Source: Candidatus Nanopelagicales bacterium
GTDB lineage: Bacteria; Actinomycetota; Actinomycetes; Nanopelagicales; Nanopelagicaceae
DNA length: 64,000 nt
NCBI GenBank assembly: GCA_038214925.1
Contig: JBBQRL010000001.1
Location: 18,117 to 82,116, forward strand
Reading direction: 5' to 3'
Shown: positions 10,687 to 22,480 of the stretch, in pieces
Position numbering within the stretch: the first letter of the stretch is position 1
How the letters are laid out: every line of letters begins with the position of its first letter
Translations under genes and position numbers: made by a program
Notes under the pieces: generated by a model
What the model was told of the DNA's origin: nothing
The model's database searches: none
Seen by the model: the letters and a program-made list of their open reading frames with translations, nothing else

Positions 10687-12441
10687 ATGTTACGTACTCA
10701 CGACGCCGGATCGCTTCGCTCATCTCATGTTGGTCAAACCGTTACGTTAGCTGGTTGGGTCTCACGTCGACGAGATCATGGTGGAGTGGCATTTATCGAT
10801 CTACGCGATGCCTCGGGCTCGGTGCAAGTAGTCATCCGCGATGAAAAAATGGCGGGCTCATTGCGTGCTGAATGGTGCCTCATGATTACCGGCGAAGTTT
10901 TAGCCCGTCCTGATGGAAATGAAAATAAAAATATTCCAACTGGTGAAATTGAGATCATGGGGGATAACGTTGTTGTTCTCTCAGAATCGGCAGCGCTTCC
11001 TTTTCCAATTGATAGTGGCGATGATGCCCAGATTAATGAAGAAGTACGTCTGCGTTATAGATATTTAGATCTACGTCGCGAAAAGCCGGCGGGAAATCTT
11101 CGCTTGCGTTCGAAAGTCACTTCAGTCATTCGTCGCGTGATGGAGGATGAAGATTTTCTTGAGATTGAAACTCCATACCTAACACGTTCAACGCCCGAGG
11201 GTGCCCGAGATTTTCTAGTTCCAGTTCGTCTGCAACCAGGTAGTTGGTATGCGCTGCCGCAGTCACCCCAGCTCTTTAAGCAGCTACTTATGGTTGCGGG
11301 CATGGAAAAGTATTATCAAATCGCTCGATGCTTTCGTGACGAAGATTTCCGAGCCGATCGTCAGCCAGAATTTACTCAATTAGATATTGAAATGTCATTT
11401 ATCGATCAAGAGGATATCTTGGCGGTGGCCGAAAAAATCGTTGCGCGTATTTGGAAAGAAAGCGTTAACTACGAGATCGCACTTCCATTAAAGCGAATGA
11501 CATATGCAGATGCCATGAAGGATTATGGCTCCGACAAACCAGATCTGCGCTTTGACAACAAACTCGTTGATTTAACTAGTTTTTTCGCCGAAACTTCTTT
11601 TCGTGTATTTCAAGCACCGTATGTTGGCGCAGTTGTAATGCCTGGCGGTGCCACTTCACCTCGTCGCGAGCTCGATGCTTGGCAGGATTGGGCGAAAGCA
11701 CGCGGGGCTAAAGGACTTGCTTACATTTTAGTAAATGAAGATGGAACCCTTGGGGGACCAGTATCAAAGAATCTTTCTGAGACTGAGACCGCTGGAATAA
11801 TAAGTGCGGCACATGCTAAAAGCGGAGATGCGATTTTCTTCGCTGCTGGTGATGCCACCCCATCGCGCAACTTATTAGGTGCGGTTCGTTTGGAGATTGG
11901 TAAACGATGCGGTCTTATTCCAGATGGTAAGTGGGAATTTTTGTGGGTTGTAGATGCACCAATGTTTGAACCCACTGATAACGGTGGTTGGACCGCAGTT
12001 CACCACCCGTTTACTGGACCAAAACCAGAGTTCAAAGATAGTTTTAAAAATAATCCAGCCGATGCGCTGGCTTACGCCTACGACATAGTTCTTAACGGAA
12101 CCGAGCTGGGTGGTGGTTCTATTCGTATCCATGATCGAAATATGCAAAAAGATGTCTTCTCGGTTATTGGATTAAGTGATGAAGAAGCAACAAGTAAGTT
12201 TGGCTTTCTTCTTGAAGCCTTTAATTATGGCCCACCTCCACATGGTGGAATCGCCCTTGGCTTAGATCGAGTATGCGCTTTGCTCACTGGCTCTGATTCA
12301 ATTCGCGAGGTCATTGCTTTTCCTAAAACTGCAAGTGGTGGAGATCCATTAACTGGCGCACCAACTCCAATTACACCTGCTCAACGCAAAGAGAGCGGCA
12401 TCGATTGGGTTCCGCAAGTTAAATCCGGCGAAGACAAGTAA
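10687..12441 (+). CDS. aspS: Aspartate--tRNA ligase (probably non-discriminating)
   Basis: OB-fold N-terminus plus [29 protein letters not shown] and GGGSIRIH motifs. 584 aa. Confidence 0.96.
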   Translation: MLRTHDAGSLRSSHVGQTVTLAGWVSRRRDHGGVAFIDLRDASGSVQVVIRDEKMAGSLRAEWCLMITGEVLARPDGNENKNIPTGEIEIMGDNVVVLSESAALPFPIDSGDDAQINEEVRLRYRYLDLRREKPAGNLRLRSKVTSVIRRVMEDEDFLEIETPYLTRSTPEGARDFLVPVRLQPGSWYALPQSPQLFKQLLMVAGMEKYYQIARCFRDEDFRADRQPEFTQLDIEMSFIDQEDILAVAEKIVARIWKESVNYEIALPLKRMTYADAMKDYGSDKPDLRFDNKLVDLTSFFAETSFRVFQAPYVGAVVMPGGATSPRRELDAWQDWAKARGAKGLAYILVNEDGTLGGPVSKNLSETETAGIISAAHAKSGDAIFFAAGDATPSRNLLGAVRLEIGKRCGLIPDGKWEFLWVVDAPMFEPTDNGGWTAVHHPFTGPKPEFKDSFKNNPADALAYAYDIVLNGTELGGGSIRIHDRNMQKDVFSVIGLSDEEATSKFGFLLEAFNYGPPPHGGIALGLDRVCALLTGSDSIREVIAFPKTASGGDPLTGAPTPITPAQRKESGIDWVPQVKSGEDK

Positions 12442-12461
12442 CTCTCGGGTAGGCTAATAAC

Positions 12462-12824
12462 ATGGGTCCAGGCGGAATTGCAACGATAATTGCAGCATCA
12501 TCACTTGCGGTGATAGCTGTCGCGATATCTTATGTGGTGATTCGAGTTGGTCGTCTAGTTGATGAGGCCAAGGAATCGCTCAAGGTTATAACTGCCGAGA
12601 CCGCTCCGCTCATTGATGAGGTACATACGACTGTCACTTTGGTAAATGGTCCCTTACACAGCATTAATCGCATTACTAAAAATGCTGAAGAAGTTACCAA
12701 TAAATTTACTGAGGCGACATCGGATTTCATCAGCAAAAATGGTTCGGCAGTAAAAGTTGCTGCCGCCCTTCTTTCAGCCGCGCAATTGAGTAAGGGTCGT
12801 TCTAAAAAGAAGAAGGCTGAGTGA
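12462..12824 (+). CDS. DUF948-like small membrane-anchored protein
   Basis: N-terminal TM helix, predicted helical remainder and a Lys-rich tail. Family assignment is from memory only. Confidence 0.6.
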   Translation: MGPGGIATIIAASSLAVIAVAISYVVIRVGRLVDEAKESLKVITAETAPLIDEVHTTVTLVNGPLHSINRITKNAEEVTNKFTEATSDFISKNGSAVKVAAALLSAAQLSKGRSKKKKAE

Positions 12825-12833
12825 ATCTAACTA

Positions 12834-15506
12834 GTGGAATCCGCCGAGATCCGTTCACGCTGGCTGCGTTTTTTCGAAAGTGATAACCGACAGGGTTTAA
12901 CTCACACAGTCGTTCCTTCGGCTTCCTTGATCGCCGATGATCCAAATTTGCTTCTTGTAAATGCTGGCATGGTTCCCTTCAAGCCGTTTTTCTTGGGCGA
13001 AGTAACACCGCCATATAAAAGGGCTACATCAGTTCAAAAATGTGTTCGAACTTTAGATATTGACGAAGTCGGTAAAACAACACGTCACGCATCATTTTTT
13101 CAGATGTGCGGCAACTTCTCCTTTGGTGATTACTTTAAAGAGGGTGCGATTGCACTTGCCTGGGAGTTACTGACTCGCCCAATTGCCGATGGCGGTTATG
13201 GTTTTCCGGAAGAAAAATTGTGGGTTACGGTTTATTTGGACGATGATGAAGCTGCTGATATTTGGCATAAGAAAATCGGAGTACCTAAAGAGCGAATTCA
13301 ACGTCGAGATATGGCCGATAACTTCTGGTCGATGGGAGTACCTGGACCTTGTGGTCCCTGCTCAGAGATTTATTACGATCGTGGACCGGCCTATGGCGTA
13401 GAGGGCGGACCAATTGCAGATGAAAATCGTTATCTGGAGATTTGGAACCTCGTCTTCATGCAAAATGAACGTGGTGCGGGTGGGGATAAAAATAGATATC
13501 CAATTTTGGGCGAGCTTCCCGCAAAAAGTATCGATACTGGCCTTGGCCTAGAGCGCACCGCTGCCCTTCTCCAAGGTGTAGAAAATATTTACGAGATCGA
13601 TACAACTATTCAGATTCTCAACCGTGCATCAGAGTTAACGGGAATTAAGTATGGCGCTAATGAAAAATCGGACATCTCACTTCGTGTAATCGCCGACCAT
13701 GCCAGAACCTCGGCCATGTTGATTGGCGATGGAGTCACACCAGGTAATGAAGGCCGGGGATATGTTTTACGTCGAATGATGCGTAGAACTATTAGAAATA
13801 TGCGCCTGCTTGGTTCGATGGATCCGATTATGTCTGAGTTAACGGTTGCTGCAATCGGTGCGATGGGCGCTCAGTATCCAGAACTCGTATCTGATAAAAA
13901 TAGAATTTTGGCAGTGAGTGAATCCGAAGAAGAAAGTTTTTTGACCACCCTAAAAAGTGGAACCGCGATATTTGACTTAGCATCTGTTGCACTAAAAAAG
14001 AGTTCACAGAAAGTCCTTGGCGGCGAAGAAGTATTTAAGTTACACGATACATATGGTTTTCCTTTTGATCTGACACTTGAGATGGCCCGCGAAGAGGGGT
14101 TATCAGTTGATGAAGATGGTTTCCGCCATCTGATGAAGGAGCAGCGAGAGCGCGCTAAAGCCGATGCTCGGGCAAAGAAATCAGGTCATACCGATCTCTC
14201 GGTCTATCGCTCGATCGCCGATAAGAATGGCAAGACGCAGTTCGTTGGTTATACAGAGGAGAATTCGGAAGCGCTCCTGACTGGAATTTTGATTGATGGA
14301 CTTTCGGTTTCCTCGGCTACATCGGGTGATGATGTAGAAATTGTTTTGAATCGAACTCCTTTTTATGCTGAAGGAGGAGGTCAGTTAGCCGATGGGGGGC
14401 GGATCACACTGGGCAACGGTGCAATCATTGAAATTGATGATGTGCAAACTCCGGTCCCGGGAGTTTCGGTTCACCGTGGTCGAGTATTAAGTGGATCAGT
14501 TGAAGTTGGTGCACAATCTCTAGCGCAGATTGATAATGAAAGACGCGCCGCTATTTCGCGCGCGCATACTGCAACGCACATGGTCCATAAAGCATTTCGC
14601 GAAATATTAGGTGAAACGGCTACCCAAGCAGGTTCGGAGAACTCACCAGGTCGTTTTCGTTTTGATTTTCCGGCGACAGGTTCGGTTCCAGCATCAGTTC
14701 TTGATGAGGTTGAAGCACGCGTTAACACTTTGCTTCTGGATAATTTAGAGGTTACCGCCGAAAGCATGAGCCAAGCAAAGGCTAAAGAGTTAGGTGCGAT
14801 GGCACTGTTTGGCGAGAAGTATGGGGATGTTGTTCGTGTTGTCAGCGTTGGTGATTGGGCCCGAGAACTATGCGGCGGTACTCACGTTGCCCGTTCCGGA
14901 CAATTGGGAATTATTAAATTGCTGGGGGAGTCATCTATCGGTGCTGGTGTTCGAAGAGTTGAAGCAGTCGTCGGAGTAGATGCCTATAAATTTCTGGCCA
15001 GGGAACACGTCTTACTTAATTCACTGACTGAATTGATCAAAGGCTCCCGTCCGGAAGAGTTACCTGAACGAATCTCTGATTTGCTAACAAAGATGAAAGA
15101 TATTGAGAAAGAGTTAGCTACTGTCCGATCAAATGCAGCGTTAGGTCAGGTTGATGAGTTACTTAAAAACGCTAAAGAAATAGCTGGCACATCATTTATC
15201 TCAGCGGTTTTGGGTGATGGAATTTCATCAGATGATCTTCGTAAGATCGCACTTGATCTTCGCTCCCGTTCTGATCGCTCGGTTGTTGCGCTCATAAGTT
15301 CAAATGAAGATAAGCCAGTCTTGGTTGTTGCCGTAAGCGAAGGTGCACGCGCCGCGGGAATCAAAGCAGGTGCATTAGTCAAGGTTGGTTCAACTGTTCT
15401 TGGCGGTGGCGGTGGCGGAAAAGATGATTTCGCACAAGGTGGCGGAATCGATTCAACTGCGTCATTAGCGGCTATCTCGGCAATTGCTCAAACGCTAGCC
15501 GGGTAA
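12834..15506 (+). CDS. alaS: Alanine--tRNA ligase
   Basis: [15 protein letters not shown] motif, editing-domain HxxxH (HTATHMVH), and a C-terminal DHHA1 region with a Gly run. 890 aa. Confidence 0.97.
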   Translation: MESAEIRSRWLRFFESDNRQGLTHTVVPSASLIADDPNLLLVNAGMVPFKPFFLGEVTPPYKRATSVQKCVRTLDIDEVGKTTRHASFFQMCGNFSFGDYFKEGAIALAWELLTRPIADGGYGFPEEKLWVTVYLDDDEAADIWHKKIGVPKERIQRRDMADNFWSMGVPGPCGPCSEIYYDRGPAYGVEGGPIADENRYLEIWNLVFMQNERGAGGDKNRYPILGELPAKSIDTGLGLERTAALLQGVENIYEIDTTIQILNRASELTGIKYGANEKSDISLRVIADHARTSAMLIGDGVTPGNEGRGYVLRRMMRRTIRNMRLLGSMDPIMSELTVAAIGAMGAQYPELVSDKNRILAVSESEEESFLTTLKSGTAIFDLASVALKKSSQKVLGGEEVFKLHDTYGFPFDLTLEMAREEGLSVDEDGFRHLMKEQRERAKADARAKKSGHTDLSVYRSIADKNGKTQFVGYTEENSEALLTGILIDGLSVSSATSGDDVEIVLNRTPFYAEGGGQLADGGRITLGNGAIIEIDDVQTPVPGVSVHRGRVLSGSVEVGAQSLAQIDNERRAAISRAHTATHMVHKAFREILGETATQAGSENSPGRFRFDFPATGSVPASVLDEVEARVNTLLLDNLEVTAESMSQAKAKELGAMALFGEKYGDVVRVVSVGDWARELCGGTHVARSGQLGIIKLLGESSIGAGVRRVEAVVGVDAYKFLAREHVLLNSLTELIKGSRPEELPERISDLLTKMKDIEKELATVRSNAALGQVDELLKNAKEIAGTSFISAVLGDGISSDDLRKIALDLRSRSDRSVVALISSNEDKPVLVVAVSEGARAAGIKAGALVKVGSTVLGGGGGGKDDFAQGGGIDSTASLAAISAIAQTLAG

Positions 15507-15511
15507 TTTCA

Positions 15512-15937
15512 ATGCTACGTGGTCGTCGGATCGCCTTTGATCACGGAGATGTGCGAATCGGCGTGGCAGTAAGTGATCCAGATTCCATTGTTTGCACTCC
15601 TTTAATGGTTTTAAAACGCTCTGATAAGAATTTGAAGTCTCAGCTGGTCGAACTCTTTGCAGAGATTGAACCAGTCGCAATTTATGTCGGGCGACCAGCC
15701 CTATTAAGTGGCAAGGATTCAACGGCCTCGGCAAAATCACAAGAGTTTGTCGAAATACTTCAGGGCCTGACAAGTATTTCAATTGATTTAATTGATGAGC
15801 GACTGAGCACGGTCTCGGCGGCTAGAACGCTTCGAGAAGCGGGGCGAAACGCCAAAAATTCCAAAGATGTGATCGATATGGCAGCGGCAGTAGCGATCCT
15901 TGATTTTGCGATAGAGATAGAAAAACGCCGCCCGTGA
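15512..15937 (+). CDS. ruvX: YqgF/RuvX putative pre-16S rRNA nuclease
   Basis: 141 aa. N-terminus ..RIAFDHGDVRIGVAVSD. Conserved alaS-ruvX-mltG order. Confidence 0.9.
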   Translation: MLRGRRIAFDHGDVRIGVAVSDPDSIVCTPLMVLKRSDKNLKSQLVELFAEIEPVAIYVGRPALLSGKDSTASAKSQEFVEILQGLTSISIDLIDERLSTVSAARTLREAGRNAKNSKDVIDMAAAVAILDFAIEIEKRRP

Positions 15938-16953
15938 AAGAGTTTCGCCGACTGGTAGTTGCTGGCGTTGTAATCGCCTCGATCACGCTCTCTCTGTTTT
16001 TACTTCGCTCGCAAAGCACTTCAACACCGGATTATCAAGTGATGGCGCAGGTGGCTGGAGCCCCTGAAATCATTATCACCATCCCATCGGGTGCTACTGG
16101 CTCTGCGATTGCGCGCATACTTTTTGATCAGGGAGTAACAAAATCTGTCTCTGCATATTTTAAAGTGGCAGTCGCAGATCCTCGTTCCCAAAAAGTTGCA
16201 CCCGGGAGCCATCGATTGACGCAAAAGATCGCTGCCAAGCAAGCACTGGATCAATTATTGGATCCAACCAGAATTCCAAATCTCTTAAAGGTTTTTGAAG
16301 GTCAATGGATAAGTGAGATTGCAACATCTTTACAAGATATAGGTTTTAGTAAGAGTGAAATCAATAAGGCTTTCAGCAACGCGGTTTTACCAAAGGGCTT
16401 CACAACAATCGAAGGTCTACTTTTCCCGGCCCAATATAGCTTTGCTTCTGATGTAACTGCTTCCCAAATTGCGCAATCTATGGTTGATCGTTTTCGGCAA
16501 GATGCATCGGGAAGAGATTTGATTTCAGCTCAATCAGAATTTTCTGCTCAGGAATTATTAACTATTGCGTCCATTGTCCAAGCCGAAGGAAAAGTTCAGG
16601 ATTTTAAACAGGTTTCAAGGGTAATTTATAATCGGATTGCGCTAGGTATGCCACTTCAAATGGACTCTACGGTACATTTTATTAAAAAAGTTAGAGGTTC
16701 AATTTTTTTAAGCACTCAATCGACGCTGATAAACTCACCGTACAACACCTACAAAAATCGCGGTCTACCGCCTGGACCGATTGGAAACCCTGGCGCGTTG
16801 GCAATTTCTGCGGCAATGAATCCGACACCAGGTGATTGGCTATATTTCATTACTGTTGCACCATCGGATACTCGATTCACATCGTCTTTTGATCAGTTTA
16901 ATATTTGGAAAGCGTTGTACATCAAGAACAGAAAGGCAGGGGCATTTAAGTGA
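15934..16953 (+). CDS. mltG: Endolytic murein transglycosylase MltG (YceG-like)
   Basis: N-terminal TM segment and YceG domain motifs (..ASIVQAEG.., SPYNTYKNRGLPPGPIGNPG). Confidence 0.9.
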   Translation: MKEFRRLVVAGVVIASITLSLFLLRSQSTSTPDYQVMAQVAGAPEIIITIPSGATGSAIARILFDQGVTKSVSAYFKVAVADPRSQKVAPGSHRLTQKIAAKQALDQLLDPTRIPNLLKVFEGQWISEIATSLQDIGFSKSEINKAFSNAVLPKGFTTIEGLLFPAQYSFASDVTASQIAQSMVDRFRQDASGRDLISAQSEFSAQELLTIASIVQAEGKVQDFKQVSRVIYNRIALGMPLQMDSTVHFIKKVRGSIFLSTQSTLINSPYNTYKNRGLPPGPIGNPGALAISAAMNPTPGDWLYFITVAPSDTRFTSSFDQFNIWKALYIKNRKAGAFK

Positions 16954-17765
16954 TTCGCGGCGCAGTTTTGGGTTCTCCCATCACTCACTCCTTAAGTCCA
17001 CTCCTGCACACGACTGCATACGAATTCCTCGGAATCGAAGCTTCGTACTTTGCATTCGATGTGAAATCTGGCGGGTTGGCTCATTTTTTGAGCGAAAATG
17101 ATGAATTGAATTGCCTCTCATTAACGATGCCGCTGAAAGAGCAGGCGTTCGATTTAACTGATTCGGTAAGTGCGATAGCGGCGCAAATTTCTAGTGGAAA
17201 TACTTTGCATCGCAATAATGGTCAGTGGCAATTAACAAGTACCGACGTGGATGGTTTTGTATCTTCCTGCCATGCCAACAATGCCTCCTTGGCAGGGTCG
17301 GTGTTAGTAATTGGCGGCGGTGCAACAGCGCGCGCAGTAATAGGGGCTTGTAATGGAATTAGTCAGGTCATTCACGTGATCAATCGAAATTCAGATCGAG
17401 AAAAGAGCATAAGATCTGCCGCACCTTTGTCTGAGATCATCTTTCATTCTTGGCAGGTAAATGAATTAATTAATTCGGTTGATTTAGTCGTAAACACAAC
17501 ACCTGCTGGTGTTGGTGATTTCTTCAGATCGTCTATCAATCAACCAACTGGGGTTTTCTTTGAGGTTTTATATAACCCTTGGCCGACACAGCTGCTGCAA
17601 AACTGGCGCGAACAGGGCGGTAACTCTGTCGATGGCTTAGAGCTGCTGATACACCAGGGGATTTCACAGATCGAGATATTTTCTGGATCCACCGTCGATA
17701 GAAGTAGTTTGGCAGAGTTGTTGCGATTGAAGGCACTAGAAGTACTAGAGGCGTCCACACCTTAA
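16950..17765 (+). CDS. aroE: Shikimate dehydrogenase
   Basis: N-terminal GSPITHSLSPLLH motif and Rossmann GGGATARA. Lies in the aro cluster. Confidence 0.88.
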   Translation: MIRGAVLGSPITHSLSPLLHTTAYEFLGIEASYFAFDVKSGGLAHFLSENDELNCLSLTMPLKEQAFDLTDSVSAIAAQISSGNTLHRNNGQWQLTSTDVDGFVSSCHANNASLAGSVLVIGGGATARAVIGACNGISQVIHVINRNSDREKSIRSAAPLSEIIFHSWQVNELINSVDLVVNTTPAGVGDFFRSSINQPTGVFFEVLYNPWPTQLLQNWREQGGNSVDGLELLIHQGISQIEIFSGSTVDRSSLAELLRLKALEVLEASTP

Positions 17766-17775
17766 ATCACCCACG

Positions 17776-18219
17776 ATGTTGCTTGAGTATCCTGTTGAGA
17801 TGTTCGCTCAAATTCTCACAATCTCGCTTGCCGCATTAGTAGCAATTCCAATAAGTATCGCCGATCTGGCCTGGCACAAGATCCCAAATATATATCTCAA
17901 GGTGATCGCTTTATTTACTGGGCTGATAATTTTCTTATTTGGTCTAGGTCCGGTACATAACTTACTTCTTTGGTCGGTGATCTTGTGTGCGCTTTTAATC
18001 GCTAGGTGCGGGATGGGCGACATCAAATTAATTGCATTATTGGCGCTCACGTGTAACCCAATTTTCCCACACCATCAAATTGATTTCTGGCTCTCATTTG
18101 GCCTGGCAGTTCTCCTTCATTTCGTCGTAGATTCACTGTTCAACCGACGTATATCCAAAGAAATTGCCCTTGCACCAAGTATATTTTTTGCCCTGCTCAC
18201 ATATTTGGCTGCGAGTTAG
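17776..18219 (+). CDS. A24-family prepilin peptidase-like membrane protein (peptidase core only)
   Basis: 147 aa and polytopic. Both aspartyl motifs are recognisable (..[12 protein letters not shown].. and GMGDIKL). No N-methyltransferase domain. Confidence 0.7.
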   Translation: MLLEYPVEMFAQILTISLAALVAIPISIADLAWHKIPNIYLKVIALFTGLIIFLFGLGPVHNLLLWSVILCALLIARCGMGDIKLIALLALTCNPIFPHHQIDFWLSFGLAVLLHFVVDSLFNRRISKEIALAPSIFFALLTYLAAS

Positions 18220-18244
18220 GCCTTCGACCTGCGACAATAGGAAC

Positions 18245-19426
18245 ATGCGATGGTTAACAGCGGGCGAGTCACATGGTCAGGCACTTAGTGCGATCGTCGA
18301 GGGTATTCCAGCCTCAGTTTCTGTAACTACATCTGATATCGATTTCCATCTTCAGCGCCGTCGGTTAGGTGTAGGTCGAGGTGCTCGTCAAAGTTTTGAA
18401 GCCGACAAAGTTTCAATTCTCGGCGGAGTTCGGCTTGGCTTGACGCAAGGTGGACCAATTGCAGTGCAAGTAGATAATTCGGAATGGCCAAAGTGGGAAA
18501 AAATTATGTCGGCCAATCCTGTTCCAGAAGATGAGATTAAAGATCTAGCTCGTAACGCGCCTTTGACACGCCCCCGCCCGGGTCATGCCGATTTAGTGGG
18601 AATGCAAAAGTATGATTTAGATGATGCTCGTCCAATATTAGAGCGGGCAAGTGCTCGCGAAACTGCGGCCAGAGTCGCATTGGGTGCAGTAGCTCGAAAT
18701 TTCCTCGAGCAAAGCGTTGGAATCACAATTTTAAGTCATGTTCTTTCAATTGGATCTGTTCGGGTCAGTGATGACGCCCCACTTCCAGAAGCGGGCGATA
18801 TGCAACGTATCGACAGCGATCCAGTTCGTTGCGCAGATGCAGCAACAAGTGAAAAAATGATTGTTGAAATTGAGAGCGCACATAAAGATGGCGACACTTT
18901 AGGTGGAGTCGTCGAAGTTCTAGCGTTTAATATGCCGCCAGGTCTTGGCTCGCATGTTCATTGGGATCGCAGACTCGATGCTCGTCTAGCTGGCGCAGTT
19001 ATGGGGATTCAAGCTATTAAGGGTGTCGAAATTGGGGATGGTTTTTTAACCTCGACTCGCAGAGGATCAGTTGCCCACGATGAGATTGAAAAAAATTCTT
19101 CGGGTGCAATAGTTCGCCGAACCGATCGTGCGGGGGGCACTGAAGGCGGAATGTCTAACGGTGAAGTACTGCGCGTACGTGCTGCTATGAAGCCAATTTC
19201 GACAGTTCCTAAGGCGTTAGACACCATTGATTTAGCAACGGGTGAAGCGGCGAAAGCGATTAATCAACGCTCTGATGTCTGTGCAGTTCCGGCAGCCGGT
19301 GTAGTTGCAGAAGCGATGGTGGCATTGGTTTTGGCACAAGCGGTGCTTGAAAAATTTGGTGGAGATTCAGTTACGGAAACTCGACGCAACTTTGAGTCCT
19401 ACATCGCCCACCTCAATTACAAGTAA
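18245..19426 (+). CDS. aroC: Chorismate synthase
   Basis: The N-terminus [11 protein letters not shown] appears at an internal ATG of the longer ORF. This start avoids overlap with the upstream gene. Confidence 0.95.
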   Translation: MRWLTAGESHGQALSAIVEGIPASVSVTTSDIDFHLQRRRLGVGRGARQSFEADKVSILGGVRLGLTQGGPIAVQVDNSEWPKWEKIMSANPVPEDEIKDLARNAPLTRPRPGHADLVGMQKYDLDDARPILERASARETAARVALGAVARNFLEQSVGITILSHVLSIGSVRVSDDAPLPEAGDMQRIDSDPVRCADAATSEKMIVEIESAHKDGDTLGGVVEVLAFNMPPGLGSHVHWDRRLDARLAGAVMGIQAIKGVEIGDGFLTSTRRGSVAHDEIEKNSSGAIVRRTDRAGGTEGGMSNGEVLRVRAAMKPISTVPKALDTIDLATGEAAKAINQRSDVCAVPAAGVVAEAMVALVLAQAVLEKFGGDSVTETRRNFESYIAHLNYK

Positions 19427-19431
19427 TTGCT

Positions 19432-19935
19432 ATGAAAAATATTGTCCTGATTGGTCCACCCGGAAGCGGTAAAAGTACGGTCGGTCGAGCACTGTCTAAA
19501 AGTTTAGCGCGCGATCTAGTTGATACCGATGCACTGATTGAGGAAAAAACTAATCGTAAGATTACCGAGATATTTGTTGATGATGGCGAGCCATTTTTTC
19601 GAGAACTAGAAGCATCGGTTCTAAGTGATGTATTGTCCCAAAGTGATCAAGTTATTAGCTTAGGGGGCGGGGCACCCGTTAGCGAGGGTTCTCAAAAATT
19701 GATCTCTGAATCAGGATCCTTTGTCGTCTTCTTGGATGTTTCATTGGCAACAGCGGCACCTCGGGTTGGTTTCAATCGTGATCGTCCATTATTGCTAGGT
19801 AATCCAAGAGCACAATGGCAAGCCTTGTATGAAATTCGTCGTCCGATCTATGAAAAGTTAGCGACTATATCTATAAAGGTTGATGACAAAAGTGTCGCTG
19901 CGATTGTTTCCCAGATTAAACAGGAGATCGCATGA
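19432..19935 (+). CDS. aroK: Shikimate kinase
   Basis: P-loop GPPGSGKST. 167 aa. Lies in the aro operon. Confidence 0.93.
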   Translation: MKNIVLIGPPGSGKSTVGRALSKSLARDLVDTDALIEEKTNRKITEIFVDDGEPFFRELEASVLSDVLSQSDQVISLGGGAPVSEGSQKLISESGSFVVFLDVSLATAAPRVGFNRDRPLLLGNPRAQWQALYEIRRPIYEKLATISIKVDDKSVAAIVSQIKQEIA

Positions 19936-20987
19936 AATCTATCGTAGTAAATGCCGAACATACCTACGAGGTACAAATCGGAAGTGATTGGATCGCTGGA
20001 GTCTCTGCTTCGATCGCAAACCGTTCCAGGGTTGCAATTATAGTTTCACAATCATTCACCCCGGATTTAACGGCTCTTGAAAACATGGATGCCGATGTAC
20101 ATATTTTCAAGATTCCAGATGGTGAAGCCGGCAAGAGCTTTGAATCTTTAACTAAACTTTGGGATTGGCTTGGCGCAGCTGGGTTCACACGTTCTGATTT
20201 GATCATTGGTATTGGTGGGGGAGGCGTCACTGATGTTGCTGGCTTTGTCGCAGCGACTTGGCTGCGCGGAATAGATTGGGTAGCCGTTCCCACATCTCTA
20301 GCTGGAATGGTTGATGCTGCTATTGGTGGCAAGACTGGGATTAACTCTGATTACGCTAAGAACTTAATTGGTGCTTTTCATTCACCGATTTGCGTCGTAA
20401 TTGATAGTAACTTTTTAAAAACATTGTCAGACCGTGATTTTGCCGCCGGGTTAGCCGAAGTTATTAAATCGGGATTCATTAAGGATGTAAAAATTCTTGA
20501 TCGGCTCAAGGATCAAAACATTTCTTCGCTGCGCGAGAATCACGATCTCACGATAGAAATCATCACCCGAACAATTCAAGTAAAGGCTGATGTTGTGGGT
20601 ATCGATTTTAAAGAGAGTTTTGCTCGTGAGATTTTAAATTATGGTCACACATTGGGTCATGCAGTAGAGATCCACTCAAAGTATCTTTTACGCCATGGGG
20701 AAGCGGTTTCAATTGGACTGGTCTACATCGCAGAGTTGGCACATGCTCGAGGTCTCATCAATGAAAACGAGTTGGCACAGCATCGTCGCTTACTCTCGGC
20801 ATTTGGTCTGCCAATTACTTACGAACGTGAGGCATGGCAATATCTTCGTCCCTTGTTGGCCTTAGATAAGAAAGCGCGAGGTTCTACTATTCGCTTTGTG
20901 GCTCTCAATGGTCTTGGCCAAACTATTCGGTTAGAAGATTTAACCTCCGTTGAATTAGATGCAGCCTATGAGAGAATTTGCCCATGA
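19932..20987 (+). CDS. aroB: 3-dehydroquinate synthase
   Basis: GIGGGGVTDVAGF nucleotide-binding motif and metal ligands (..NYGHTLGHA..). ATGA overlap with aroK. Confidence 0.95.
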   Translation: MKSIVVNAEHTYEVQIGSDWIAGVSASIANRSRVAIIVSQSFTPDLTALENMDADVHIFKIPDGEAGKSFESLTKLWDWLGAAGFTRSDLIIGIGGGGVTDVAGFVAATWLRGIDWVAVPTSLAGMVDAAIGGKTGINSDYAKNLIGAFHSPICVVIDSNFLKTLSDRDFAAGLAEVIKSGFIKDVKILDRLKDQNISSLRENHDLTIEIITRTIQVKADVVGIDFKESFAREILNYGHTLGHAVEIHSKYLLRHGEAVSIGLVYIAELAHARGLINENELAQHRRLLSAFGLPITYEREAWQYLRPLLALDKKARGSTIRFVALNGLGQTIRLEDLTSVELDAAYERICP

Positions 20988-21418
20988 AGTTATTAGTGCT
21001 CAACGGGCCTAACCTTTCCCGGTTAGATATTCGTGACTCATCAATTTATGGTGATCTAAATTATGCCGAATTGAAATCCATGATTGAAATCGCCGCAACT
21101 AAACATGGTTTCGAGGCAGATGTTCGTCAAAGCGATGATGAGGCAGTTCTTATCTCTTGGTTGCACGAAGCCGCTGATAACCAGACGCCAGTAATTATCA
21201 ATCCCGCTGCTTTCACTCATTATTCGATCGCATTACGAGATGCAGCTGAACTCGTAAAAGCTCCCTTGATTGAAGTTCATTTATCCAATCCGATGTCACG
21301 GGAAGAGTTTCGTCACACCTCGGTTATTTCAGGAGTTGCCAATGGAACTATCGGTGGTTTTGGCCCTAATTCCTATGTTTTAGCGATCGTAGCGCTGACT
21401 AATCTCGTCGGAAGATAG
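20978..21418 (+). CDS. aroQ: Type II 3-dehydroquinate dehydratase
   Basis: LVLNGPNL N-terminus, ..HLSNP..RE.FRH motif. 146 aa. Confidence 0.93.
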   Translation: MPMKLLVLNGPNLSRLDIRDSSIYGDLNYAELKSMIEIAATKHGFEADVRQSDDEAVLISWLHEAADNQTPVIINPAAFTHYSIALRDAAELVKAPLIEVHLSNPMSREEFRHTSVISGVANGTIGGFGPNSYVLAIVALTNLVGR

Positions 21419-21497
21419 ACCAAAGCACTCGTACTTAACGGGTATCCTTACGCCTTAAGTATTTCTACTTTTATTGACAAAGATCGGGTGGATAGCT

Positions 21498-22058
21498 GTG
21501 GCAACAACAAATGATTTAAAAAATGGAATGTGTCTTGATATCGAAGGCCAACTATGGACAGTTGTCGAATTCCAACACGTTAAGCCAGGTAAAGGCCCAG
21601 CCTTCGTTCGCACGAAGCTAAAATCAGTACTAAGCGGGAAAGTCATTGATCGCACATACAACGCTGGTGTAAAAGTTGATGTAGCGATTCTAGAAAAGCG
21701 CGAAATGCAGTATCTGTACAAGGAGGGCGATGATTTTGTTTTTATGGACAGCAAAACCTTTGATCAGATGACTATTTCAGCAGCTACCGTCGGCGATGGT
21801 GCTAACTACATGCTGGAAAATACGGAAGCAATAGTTGCAGTTAACGAAGGCAATCCGTTGTACATCGAACTTGCTGCATCGGTACCTTTGAAAATTACTT
21901 ACACCGAGCCTGGAATTCAGGGCGATCGATCTTCAGGTGGAACCAAGCCGGCGACAGTTGAAACTGGAATTGAAGTTCAGGTTCCATTGTTTATTAAACA
22001 GGATGAAGTAATTTTGGTTGACACACGTGATGGGTCATACCAGGGTCGCGCTAACTAG
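21498..22058 (+). CDS. efp: Elongation factor P
   Basis: The GTG at 21498 gives (M)ATTNDLKNG, matching actinobacterial EF-P N-termini. [14 protein letters not shown] loop. GGGTGGA lies 8 nt upstream. Confidence 0.95.
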   Translation: MATTNDLKNGMCLDIEGQLWTVVEFQHVKPGKGPAFVRTKLKSVLSGKVIDRTYNAGVKVDVAILEKREMQYLYKEGDDFVFMDSKTFDQMTISAATVGDGANYMLENTEAIVAVNEGNPLYIELAASVPLKITYTEPGIQGDRSSGGTKPATVETGIEVQVPLFIKQDEVILVDTRDGSYQGRAN

Positions 22059-22480
22059 TGTCAGCTCGTAGCAAAGCCCGTAAGCAGACATTAGATCTTC
22101 TCTACGAATGTGATATCCGTGGCACGAACCTGATGGAGACATTAGCGGCCCGCGACATCGTAGAAGAAGGTCCGGAGGCTAGACCGATTCGGGAGTACAC
22201 CCGCGAATTGGTCAATGGGATTGCACAGAACAGTCGAAAGATTGATGAGTTAATCACCACGTATGCCCAAGGCTGGGATATGGATCGCCTGCCTGCCGTC
22301 GATAGAAATATCTTGCGCCTTGGCATTTATGAGATCCTATGGGGCAAAGATCTGCCAACAAGTGTGGCAATTGATGAAGCGCTTACTCTGGCTAAGGAGC
22401 TCTCTAGCGACGAATCATCAAAGTATATTCACGGCGTTTTGGGTCGCATTTCTTCGCTGAAAGATTCTATTTCGATCTAG
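22058..22480 (+). CDS. nusB: Transcription antitermination factor NusB
   Basis: 140 aa with NusB helical-fold motifs (..DRNILRLGIYEI..AIDEA..LAKE). Conserved efp-nusB order. Confidence 0.93.
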   Translation: MSARSKARKQTLDLLYECDIRGTNLMETLAARDIVEEGPEARPIREYTRELVNGIAQNSRKIDELITTYAQGWDMDRLPAVDRNILRLGIYEILWGKDLPTSVAIDEALTLAKELSSDESSKYIHGVLGRISSLKDSISI

